The notes under the pieces: generated by a model
What the model was told of the DNA's origin: nothing
The model's input: only the letters and a program-made list of their open reading frames with translations
Database searches by the model: none
Position numbers and translations under genes: made by a program
From: Octopus vulgaris
Lineage: Eukaryota
Assembly (NCBI GenBank): GCA_951406725.2
Contig: OX597825.1
Span: 1,302,001-1,366,000 of the forward strand
Reading direction: 5' to 3'
DNA: 64,000 bases
Shown: positions 53,701 to 64,000 of the stretch, in pieces
Numbering within the stretch: position 1 is the stretch's first letter
How the letters are laid out: each line of letters starts with the position of its first letter

Positions 53701-53826
53701 CAGGGTGTGGGGAATAAACTGTTGTCTAAATTATGTAAAAATAGCAGCTCATTTTAAAAGATATATTTACTAAAATTACATAAAAATATCTTGAAATACT
53801 AAAGAGTAAATTTATTCAATAAATTT
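53701..53826 (-). mobile_element. Terminus of a Tc1/mariner-type MITE
   Basis: TA|CAGGGTG end; the body is the reverse complement of 54497-54610. Confidence 0.65.
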
Positions 53827-54259
53827 TTAACCACGAAAACCATTCATCTATTCTGGCCCTGATATTGTTTTTGTTGTTTAATACCAGGTCAATCCTGATC
53901 AAGCAGAAATAGGACCAAAGGTGTTGCAATTATAGCCATTCTTTCTTAGATAAATCGATGATCATATATAAGGCTGCATTCTATTCAGATGTCAATAGAG
54001 TATGATTCACTGAGAACATGCCTCTTAAGTAAACAGCTTAAGTAAACATGTAGAGGCTCCTTTATTGACAAACCAATGCTCGAAAAGAGGAGTAGATAGA
54101 CAGTTGACAACTGACGAAGGGTCCTTTCTCTGTGTTAACTTGTCCTGTTTTCCATTTTTTCCTCGTTATTTAGATATTTCACTCATTTCCCCTCATTTGT
54201 GTTACATATTTTATGTTATTTGCACTGTTGGTGACGTCCTGTCTCCATATATGCATGTG

Positions 54260-54314
<55 letters not shown>

Positions 54315-54362
54315 TATATAAACATTCATTTCCAAGTATGTATACACACACACACACACATA

Positions 54363-54612
54363 CAGGGTGCGATAGGTAAATTGTTGCCCTTTTATATTTT
54401 TACTTTCACGCATGTGCCAAAGATGAACTTAAAGCAAGGGCTATTACAGCATTCACCAACTTAAACAAGGAAACCGTCAGTTGACGCCAATCGCGATTTT
54501 ATTGAATAAATTTACTCTTTAGTATTTCAAGGTATTTTAATGTAATTTTAGTAAATATATCTGTTAAAATAAGATGTCTGTTATTTTCATTTCTTAGTAA
54601 TTTAGATGACAA
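54363..54612 (+). mobile_element. Tc1/mariner-type MITE copy lacking its right tip
   Basis: Starts TA|CAGGGTGCGATAGGTAAATTGTTGCC, TIR-like to TA|CAGGGTGTGGGGAATAAACTGTTGTC. The distal part matches the reverse complement of 53720-53826. Confidence 0.6.
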
Positions 54613-54966
54613 AAAGAGAAACGAACACTTAATCCAGCGAGAAAAGTATTGAAAATAACCATTAACTGATATGGATGTATAAATGCCCTTGGGCAAGCAG
54701 CATGGCACGAGTTCACACGCTCATACAAGCATTAGCAAAAATGTGAGCATACGCACACATGAGGTTAGGCACGTAATTACAAAGCGAGTTAGATATTTAG
54801 TAGGTGTTTAGAAGAACGGAGAGGTTTAAAGTAAATTTAAGTCATCCATGCCCTAAAGTAAAATATAATAAAATTACACTAAGTTAACGGTTACTCAAAA
54901 TACATTCTCACTGCAGTGTGCAAAAGTACATTTATATGCATATAGGCAATTATATATATATATATA

Positions 54967-55272
54967 TCACGTGATCATGTGACCGACCAGACCATCAGAT
55001 GTTGTTACACATTGCTGGTCACAATGCGTTCGCATTGTTTTAGCCTTCGAATGACTCCACCCCACTGGCTAAATGAGCAGGCCAACAAAAGAAAGAGTGG
55101 GAGAAAGAGTGGTGAAAAAGTACAGCAGGGATCACCACACCCTGCCGGAGCCTTGTGGAGCTTTTAGGTGTTTTCGCTCAATAAACACTCACAACGCCCA
55201 GTCTGGGAATTGAAACCGCGATCCTACGACCGCGAGTCTGCTGCCCTAACCACTGGGCCATTGCGCCTCCAC
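54967..55272 (-). mobile_element. tRNA-derived SINE (same family as 42855-43148)
   Basis: A box TGGCCCAGTGG and B box GTTTCAATTCC on the minus strand; collinear with 42855-43148. Confidence 0.85.
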
Positions 55273-55308
55273 ACACACATATATATATATAGATAGATAG
55301 ATAGATAT

Positions 55309-55339
<31 letters not shown>

Positions 55340-57624
55340 AATAGATAGATAGACAGACAGACAGATGGACAATTAAAAAGGCAGATAATCAGACAGACAG
55401 ATGGATGGACAGATAAACAGATGGAAAGACAGGCAGACATACAATCAATCAGACAGACACACAGACAGATAGAGGAGTAGTTTCATAATCTATGCATCAA
55501 ATACTACACAGGAAATTTGTAGGAAAATGTTCTTCAAGTTATATTATTTCTAAGTGAAAAAAAAATTAGTTTAAGCCAATCGAAAACTTATGGCTTTCTT
55601 TTAAATTAATGTTTACAAGTTACGTTGGAGATTTAGGAAGAATCATACAAAGAGCAAAACTTTTTGAGGATAAAAGGATATTTAAGAAAACCTACATTTC
55701 TTATAAACTTATTAGTTTAGAAGATTTAATATTCTACTTTCCTTTACAGCCTCTCTTTTTAAGTGTTTCTCCACATTTATTTCGCTTCACTTGTAACTAG
55801 AATTTGTTTCACTACTGAATGTGTTTCTTTAAACAGAACAACACTTTCATAAGTATTTCATTTTCTTTACTAAATATTATTTCTTTCAACATTTGCCCTC
55901 GCTCTCATCATCCATCTCTCTCACTTGACATACTTGAAGTTTCTTTTTTTTTTATATTTCTATTTTCTTTCTTTTTATTTCCCCCTGCAGTCGCTTTCTT
56001 ACTCCTCTCTGTCTTTATTTATTCCCCTCTCTTCCTCCAGACTCTTCTTTTTATATAGATATTCCCATCTTCTTCTACCACTCTGTCTTCTGCCATGTTT
56101 ATCTTTATTTGAATTGTTCTCCTTCTGATGCGATGCAGCAAAGCAATATTAGATTTTATCAACAAGCCAAGACCTATGGCGAATTCAACCTTTCTTACTT
56201 GTGTAAATGCAACCCTTACAAATATCGGTTGAAGTGTTGAGAGATTAACATACTATAGATATTGTATCTGAAAATTAAGAAAGCTTATCATAAAGAATAG
56301 ACTTGGGTCATGGAAAAATCTAATAAAGTAATGTAAACAAAAATCCTGGAAAGAGATAAATGCTTCAACTAAAGTCTACATTCCGTTTTCCTTTAGCTGT
56401 AATTCCTATCGTCCAAGTAACTCATTAATCTTATTTCCTGACAATTTCAAGAAAGTTGTATGATGGAAGTTGATCTTAATAAACAATGCTACAGATAGGT
56501 GCAATATAAGTATTAGAACAAATAAACTTTGTGTATAAACTACTTGAGGTCTTAGAAAAGGCAGCACAGCTTGCAAGAAAGCTTTCAGTTGTAGATTTAG
56601 AATTAAGAAAGTATGTTCAATATACGATATTAGAATGTAGTTCTTATGAGTGTACGAGGATCAATTTATAAGAAAAACCTTTATTCACATACTGACATCT
56701 TATTCAGTAAATGCAAGAAATTAAATAATGCAATTTAAAAAAAAAATCAAAATCAGTCATTGAAGGAAAATAAATATTAATTTTATTCAGAAAAGTTTGG
56801 AAATTCTGGTGTGATTGAAGAATATTTTTCTCATACTTTGACTGCCTTTCACCCCTTCCAAACTGATTTGATTTTTCATGCTCATTCCCCTTCACAAAGA
56901 GTCTTATTTGAAAAGAAACACCAATGAACCTCTTGATAAGAAATAATACAGTTTGCCAGTACACAGCGGCTAGAGAATATGTTGATGAGAGAAGATTAAG
57001 AAGATAATCCGACCTATTGCCAAAAGAGATGACCCTCATCCCAACTGCAAGACAAACGAGATGGCACACTGACCCCTTTGTTGCTATTCTCTTAGAGATT
57101 GCATCCAGTTCTATGATAGAAAACTGCCCATTATAGCATGTTCATTTTAAATGAAAACCTTTCATCATAATTTTATTGAAGAAGCCAAAGTTATGTTCCC
57201 AACATCATATTAATAGAAAACTAATTTCTTTACAAAATATCTCCAAATCTTGATTATTTTTCAAAATTAATTGAAAAACACAGGCAGTGTATGCTATTAG
57301 AAATAAAGATGGAATGTCTTCATTGCCTGTGTGATACTAACCAAAATGTGATTAACTTTATGTTTAACTGGGATGAAAGTTGACTGCTTTCCTTTTGTTG
57401 ACGCAATTGCATTCCTGAAAGGTATGTGACTGAATTTGTTTGTGTCATATTTCTGACCTCTCTTTGTCGGACAGTAATGTGGATATTATTATGAAGACTC
57501 ACGGGAAGTTTAACAGAAGGCAGAAAAGTACAGCTGAAGTATTTATTGTATGTGTGTATACATACTTATACATGTATATCGGTAGCAATAAAATGTTTTT
57601 GTAGTGTGCACAATAGTATATTGG

Positions 57625-57629
57625 TAATA

Positions 57630-57668
<39 letters not shown>

Positions 57669-57677
57669 TAATAAATG

Positions 57678-57728
<51 letters not shown>
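57625..57728. repeat. (TAA)n microsatellite
   Basis: Directly visible; another lies at 58488-58530. Confidence 0.95.
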
Positions 57729-57730
<2 letters not shown>

Positions 57731-57732
57731 AA

Positions 57733-58268
57733 ATGCCCCAATGCAGTACCAGGCAGTGGCTCTCATGGCATCTGATCTTAACTGATTGGCAGTGTTACCA
57801 TGTACATGTTTGTCTTGGTGTAAAAGATGGGCTACAGCAAATATTCTGCTCAATACCACAGATCTGCTTGTCAGTTGCTTGACCATAACCAGTTGAGCAT
57901 GTCCCTTAGTGGCTCTGATCACAAGCAGAAGTAGTGGGGGAGAATCATAGCCATGTGCTGAGAGGAATTTTGGGGGGTTTGAATAATTCACCTTTAGAAA
58001 CATGGGTGTTTCATTCAACATTCTTATACAACCCTTATTCAGGGACCTTTTGAGCAGGATAGGCTACTCAACCTGAAGAAAATTCTATGTGGACTCCATC
58101 TGTAAGGTCATGCACTGTTTATCACTGAGATCACTTTGTCGCACACATATGGTTGAGATGCATGTGCTTGGTGTACCCTTATCAGATGGATAGTCATGAT
58201 GGTTATACTGGGTTTCATATATTTTACCCCAGTGTCACTTTGATGGCATGCACGGCTCTATCAGTCAA
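57733..58268. mobile_element. Probable interspersed repeat (~535 bp) bounded by (TAA)n on both sides
   Basis: GC-richer non-coding block with sharp edges between TAA tracts; family not identified. Confidence 0.45.
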
Positions 58269-58282
58269 TAATAATAATAGTA

Positions 58283-58486
58283 ATTCTTTCCACTAAAGGC
58301 ACAAGACCTGAAATTTTGGGGGAAGGGACAAGTCAATAACATTGACCCCAGTGTTTCACTGATACTTAATACATCAACCCCTAAAGGATAAAAGGCAGAG
58401 CCAACTTTGGCAGAATTTGAATGAAATAGACAAAATGCCATTAAGCATTTTGCCCAGCATACTCACAATTTAGCCAGATTGCCACC

Positions 58487-58487
<1 letters not shown>
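58283..58487 (-). mobile_element. Older subfamily of the Deu/Nin-like SINE
   Basis: GACCCCAGTG...GGATAAAAGGCAGAG..AACTTTGGCAGAATTTGAA...AAGCATTTTGCCCAGC...GCCACCTT is collinear with 61501-61734 but has a different tail. Partial relatives at ~43232 and ~49150. Confidence 0.7.
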
Positions 58488-58530
<43 letters not shown>

Positions 58531-58535
58531 TCTGA

Positions 58536-58755
58536 AACAGACACAAGCAGAGATTTACCAACTCGATCGCACTAGCAGAAAGACAATGACAATACATGGT
58601 GCACTCCATCCTAAGGCAAACGTACACAAGCTCCTACATGTAGAGGTGTAAAGGTGGGCATGGCCTGATTAGCATATGGAAGGGCATCAACAGTGGAAGA
58701 AGAAACATGGAAGAGTATTTGAGAAACAGCAAACAAAGCCTGCTACAGAGGGCTT
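58536..58755 (+). mobile_element. Dong/R4-clade non-LTR retrotransposon fragment (post-RT region)
   Basis: QTQAEIYQLDRTSRKTMTIHGALHPKANVHKL /frameshift/ YM*RCKGGHGLISI...MEEYL matches the R4/Dong pattern LDRKTRK.MT..GALHPKSDVDRLYLPR..GGRGL. It begins at a (TAA)n tract. Confidence 0.75.
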
Positions 58756-59463
58756 TATATTTGGTAGCCACATCTGATAGAGCTACCGACTCCCACTCAC
58801 TGCTAAAGCATGAAGACTTGAAACTGTTGCCTAGTCTGTGCCTTAATTGATATTCTGAACGTTAAAATGATGAAGATGTATATATACAACTAAGCACTTA
58901 AGTTACAGCTAAGTGTCTTATAGGTGCAAAAACCAATGGTCCCTCTCTGACTGGTCATAACAAACGACCTTCTAAATATATTACCATTCTAATGTTTTAG
59001 AGTGTGCCTCATTTCAGATATATGATCTACTGACTAATATATCTACTGACCAATATATCGTTTAGAGAGTGCGTGGGCTAAGACTACGTGCCCTCCATTG
59101 GCCAGTTAAAGTTGATACAGTGTCATGTGACAACTTGCTGGAGCTGCCTGCTGGAGCCTAGCAGTGGGTATTTAAAAGGAAATTTGACAAGATAGTCAGT
59201 CGCCCACTGACACTCATTGACGCTACATTGAAGAGGCCAGGGAACAGAAGAAAGAAGGAGAAAGAAGACATGCACTCAACACCAGAGCTGAAGACACCTC
59301 CGAAAGGGGGGAGGGGTCCCACCATGTCAAAACGGTAGAGGAGTAGGGACTGAAACCGAATTTGATTCCTCCTGATGATGTCTTGAGCTAACTGGATCCT
59401 ATAAAGGAGCTGTTGTGGGAGCAGACCACGAAACATGGTTGAAATTCCTTCCTATGGAGAAAG

Positions 59464-59496
<33 letters not shown>

Positions 59497-59759
59497 TATA
59501 TATATATATACATTGGTGCTATATAGGAGGGATGTTGCTCCCTTCTCTCTCAAACTAGAGCTTAATTGCTATCATAGAACCAGTTGCTATCATATAACCC
59601 AAAATGATGCACAGAATTGTGAAGTTGTTATTTTATATCTGAAATTATCAGTTTATCTGTAATCTGAAAACTGAGCTAAAAGTTCTAATGAAATGCACAT
59701 CCCTGTGCATTCAAATACACAAACATGACACATGTTGGCACTCTTTTGCCTTCTTTTTG

Positions 59760-59775
59760 CACTAGATGGCGCTAG
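59760..59775 (+). promoter_or_regulatory. Putative CTCF binding site
   Basis: CACTAGATGGCGCTAG matches the bilaterian CTCF core CCACYAGRKGGCGCTA apart from the first C. It lies in apparently unique AT-rich DNA. Confidence 0.5.
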
Positions 59776-61500
59776 GGTTTGTTGTTTATTATTATTATTA
59801 GCTTTTAATGAAAAAACATAAGAACAGACAAAGTCAACTGTATCTGAGATGGAATTGTGAATAAAAAGGAAGATAAGTGAACTTTATGTCAGAATGGTTA
59901 AACAAACATGTGAAAATATTCATTGCTAATCAAAACTGATTGGATCAATAAAATAAAGATTGACATCGTTATAGATGACATGTTAATGAGATTAGTAATC
60001 AGTTGGTATATATATATGAAGGAAGTTAAATAAAAATAATTTTTAAAATAGAATTAATACATAAACAGAAAGATAGATAAATAAAAATAAAGCATGAAAT
60101 AAAACAGACGTAGCAGGTTTTATGATAAAGCTGGTACTGGAAACATATTATCTGATGTCAAATGATTCTATCATAGCTGAAGTAATTTATAGAAGTAATC
60201 ACATTGACAACTGCTTTACGCTTCAGTTCACCACAAACTCTGATACATGTCAGAGACTTTCTTAGTGCAACTCTTTTGGGCAAAGCTAAACTTAGAGCCA
60301 TAAAGTTGCAGAGGAAATACATAAGTAGAGAACAAGCACAATGATGGAGTGGGATGAGAGTGGGGCGTGGGGGTGGGTTTGGGGGAAGGAGGGGTGGGTT
60401 AATATTAGAAACTGGATTTAGACAGGCAGATAAGGAAATGCAAAGAAGAAGAAGAAGAAGAAAATGTGTGTGTGTGTGTATCTGTGTGTGCATGTATCTA
60501 TACACACACACACAAAATCAGAATTGCGGAGTACAGAAGAAATGGAACAAAACAAAATTATTAAGACCTAAGGTTAATTTTAAAATGTCATTAAGCTTCA
60601 TTATTTCAGATTTATTACTTTTTATAAGAACAACAAAAATATATCACTATGACTTATGATGTCAGGTAAAAGCACAAAACCTCAAATTATGGTTTATATT
60701 CAAATTTTCTGCATCTATTGCACACTTCTCAACCATTCAGCCTCACATCCTCTGCAGATTTCATACCACCTGCCTTTTGCATGCAATGAAAAACCAATAA
60801 AGCTAATTAGCTACCTTAACTCTTTTGCACGTTCCTTATGTTCGCTATAATCCTTCCATTGGAACCATTTGCAGAACTAATTAGATCAACTATGTAACGG
60901 AATGCTTATTCTCCACGACAATACCTGGAAACTTATTCCTGTCTTGGAAATAACTTATATAGCTTAAAATAAATCCAGATTAAATGATTCTGTTATTTTT
61001 GCATGACACACAAGAGACATAAAGCTTTTAACAATCACATTCAAAAGTAGGTTGTTGCATGCGAGAACAGCAGAGTGGGGGGGGGGGTATATAAACCAAG
61101 CTAAACTTTGTTACCAGTTACACTGGGGACTAATTACCTGATTCTTAATCTTCCTACACTCATTAATTATACTATATCCATCTGTACTAATGATGCATTA
61201 TCAATTTTACAATCCAACTCTGGTTCAACTAAGTATTGATCATCTCTTTGAATCACTCCACTCTATCAATCAGTATTAATCGTGGTTACTCCATTTCACT
61301 CTTCCTATTAGTTTAAACAAAAACAAAAGAAAAACCCCTATTCATAGATTTATATCCTTTACCTCTTCCATCAAAAGGGATTTACTGCATTTCCCAATGA
61401 AAATTTGTGAATCTGGAAGCAAAAATGTTAAATGTCAGGCAATTAACTGCATTAATTAACTCCACAACTGACTAATAACCCTCAGTTTACAACAAATACC

Positions 61501-61734
61501 TATTTCTTTACTAGCCACAAGGGGCTAAACACAGAGAGGACAAACAAGGACAGACAAACGGATTAAGTCGATTATATCGACCCCAGTGCATAACTGGTAC
61601 TTATTTAATCAACCCCGAAAGGATGAAAGGCAAAGTTGACCTTGGCGGAATTTGAACTCAGAACGTATAGTGGCAGACGAAATACTGTTAAGCATTTCGC
61701 CCAGCGTACTAATGATTCTGCCAGCTCGCCGCCT
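61501..61734 (-). mobile_element. Full-length Deu/Nin-like SINE with target-site duplication
   Basis: Complete copy. TSD AGTTTACAACAAAT(A/G)CC at 61484-61500 and 61739-61755. Confidence 0.9.
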
Positions 61735-63489
61735 TTTTAGTTTACAACAAATGCCTTCCAATAATGTATTTACCTCAGCTGGAACACATTTGACCCTAGT
61801 TCTGTTTAATCAGGGGTAACCTCAGGTTTAAGTGATATGGATATCACTTAAATCTTGGGTTACCCATGTAAATCAAGAGCAATGTGAATAGGAGGGCAAG
61901 AGCTATATGAATATCATATGAATGATATTTAGTATAGTGTGGTTGATATAAGATACTCTAGAAAGGGATGAGTGATATGAGTATGATATTAATGATAAGA
62001 ATAGGAAATAATTTATGTGAATTTGGTAAAGGAGGGATAGGAATAAACACAACTACAGAAATTTAAATTTGGTTCAGTTTTTCTGATTTCTTAGTATTAT
62101 AATAGGTCGATTTGTTAACCATATTAAACATTTCAGCTCTTTACATAATACAAAACCATTTCATTGTGAATATGTATTGATATCTAGAGCAGTAATTTAA
62201 TTGGTTGTTTTAATTGAAGCTGATGTTTCTGAAAGTCTGTTACTAAGAAATATATGATATAACAAAACAGGCAGATGATAACTGATAAAAACGTTCCTTA
62301 TTGATTAACTTTATCATTTATTTATTTAACAATTATTATTATTATTACTACTACTACTACTACTTTCCACAAACACTTTGATCCTAGGCTCTCAAATATT
62401 ATTCAAAACTAATGTTATATATCAGAAACGGTTATTGCTTACACAGATGCAGTATCAACATGTTTGTTTATCCAGCAATACTACTATTACTAGTCAAGTA
62501 AATTTAATAACAGAATAATTCAATTGTTATATTTATATTTGATTTAATTATTTGCTGTTTTATTACAGCTCACAACTGCTTGGTTGTTTCCAATAGCTAT
62601 CATACAAACCCTTTCCTTACACCCCTTTTCTAATAATGATTTCTAGATTCAATGTAGAAATTTTAGCATTCAAAACATTACCTTTTAACATTTTCCCCTT
62701 ACAAAACAATTTTATAATTCCATTTGAATTAAATCCAATTAATGTAGGAACAAACCGTTAACTCTTATATCAAAACAATTTCACATAATTAAATCTCCAA
62801 AACTAACCAAAGATTCTAGAACTATGCTTTTCTGTAAGAGCTTTGATTGAAAGAAATATTACCAACACATTTTGAAAACTTCTGATTACAAACTTGTTTG
62901 GAAATACAAGCCAGAAATTAAGCCACGAGTCTCCTTCTATTAAAGACATCCTTTTTAATATAATTACCGTAATAACAATTTCTAGCTAAAGATACATAAG
63001 CTATAATTTTTAGCTGTATTTAAATACATGGCTAACCAAATATTTTGTCAGTTCTCATTTCATAAGGTATAAAGACTATGAGGATTAAGGGTTTCTGGGA
63101 CTGTTATGGTATTAATTTTCCCCAAAGAGGGAGCTACAATATGTGTGCTCAACCTACAAGAAATAGCAACCAAATCCTATCATACTGTTTCAGAAAAGTG
63201 GAGGACACTTTGGATAATGCAGTCTTAGATGAAATATGCTTGAAAGAAAAACAAAAACATGGGATGGTTACTTCTGGAAGGCTTTTTTTTTTATATATGT
63301 CTGCTTGATCGGGGCTTACTTGGGGGCAACACAGCAAAACCAATTTTATAAAAGACTTTAAACTTAGAAATGTGATGAGTATTGCATATTTTCAATTAAT
63401 GAACCATCTAGCTCGATGCTCTACGTATAACTGACAAACTATGTTTATAAACACACACACACACACAGATGCATGTTTGTATGTACCAC

Positions 63490-64000
63490 ACAATACATTC
63501 TCTGAATGATTTTCCAGTGAAATCCAGTGTACAATAGGGCTGTATTCTCTCCTCATCCTCTTCTAAGTTATCATCAACGGGATCATATGTAGACAAACAT
63601 CAGATAGCCAGAACATACAGTGGACACTTATATTTAACCTTTTAAAAGATAATTTTATTTATGTAGATGACTTGGCAGCTGTCACACAACATAGAAACCT
63701 TAAGGAGGAGAAACAAAACTGATCAATTATGAAAAACAGATAGGGCTTAACACCAACACCTTAGAAACAAGCCATGCGCATAAACTCCAACAATCCTGCA
63801 CCTGTCACTGTCATTGGTGAGCCACTAGATTATGGGAAGGATATTATATATCTACAAAGCATTATTAGTAAAGTTAACAGGGCAGAGAAGGACCCCTGAG
63901 TAAGGTTTGCTAAAGCTCAATGAGCATTCATAAGACTGCTGGATTTTGGAATCGAGGTAATTCTCAGAACGAAAATTGGACTCTGTAATGGCAATGCCAA
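63490..64000 (+). pseudogene. Old RTE-clade reverse transcriptase remnant (third lineage), running off the window
   Basis: Piecewise translation: VKSSVQ*GCILS/..LF*VII..I (QG..LSP motif), NIQWTL, YVDDLA (YADD), IGL, PVTVIGEPLDY..DIIYLQSII, EKDP*VRFAKAQ*AF..L, RTKIGL. Confidence 0.8.

Noticed and set aside
54065-54250. CTGACGA at 54111 as a hammerhead core
   Set aside because: No stem II followed by GAAA downstream; at most a fragment of a related repeat.
55200-55272. Possible tRNA genes at SINE heads (also 23532 and 43080-43148)
   Set aside because: A/B boxes continue into SINE bodies shared by multiple copies, with no convincing complete cloverleaf.
59158-59436. DMVGPLPP resembling the Gypsy integrase DLVGPLP motif
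   Set aside because: Only about seven residues match; no HHCC, DDE or other integrase context around it.
63408-63596. Acidic minus-strand ORF MSTYDPVDDNLEEDEERIQ..., resembling an exon
   Set aside because: It is antisense to the RTE RT remnant (QGCILSP region) on the + strand.

Overview
AT-rich, repeat-dense eukaryotic non-coding DNA (intron or intergenic). The SINE/LINE families look like those of a coleoid cephalopod, most likely Octopus; this comes from pattern recognition, not a database hit. I found no intact host protein-coding gene, and nearly all supplied ORFs are microsatellite translations or transposon debris. Supported content: (1) a degenerate but fully bounded Chapaev3-like (CMC) DNA transposon at 19827-22226 with TIRs and a TTA TSD; (2) many RTE-clade LINE fragments from at least three lineages, plus a Dong/R4-like LINE fragment next to (TAA)n; (3) several tRNA-derived and Deu/Nin-like SINE families and an old, very abundant (CAA)-tailed repeat; (4) Tc1/mariner-type MITE ends; (5) an ~880-bp almost pure purine (GAA/GGA)n tract and a ~45-bp minisatellite. 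Most interesting: small (TA)n-associated elements with minimal Penelope-type hammerhead ribozyme motifs, including a palindromic element with two opposed copies (29171-29403). Also notable are a ~150-bp inverted duplication with private variants 4.2 kb apart, a self-dimerised SINE under one TSD, and a strong CTCF-like motif. Coordinates of old, diverged repeats are approximate.
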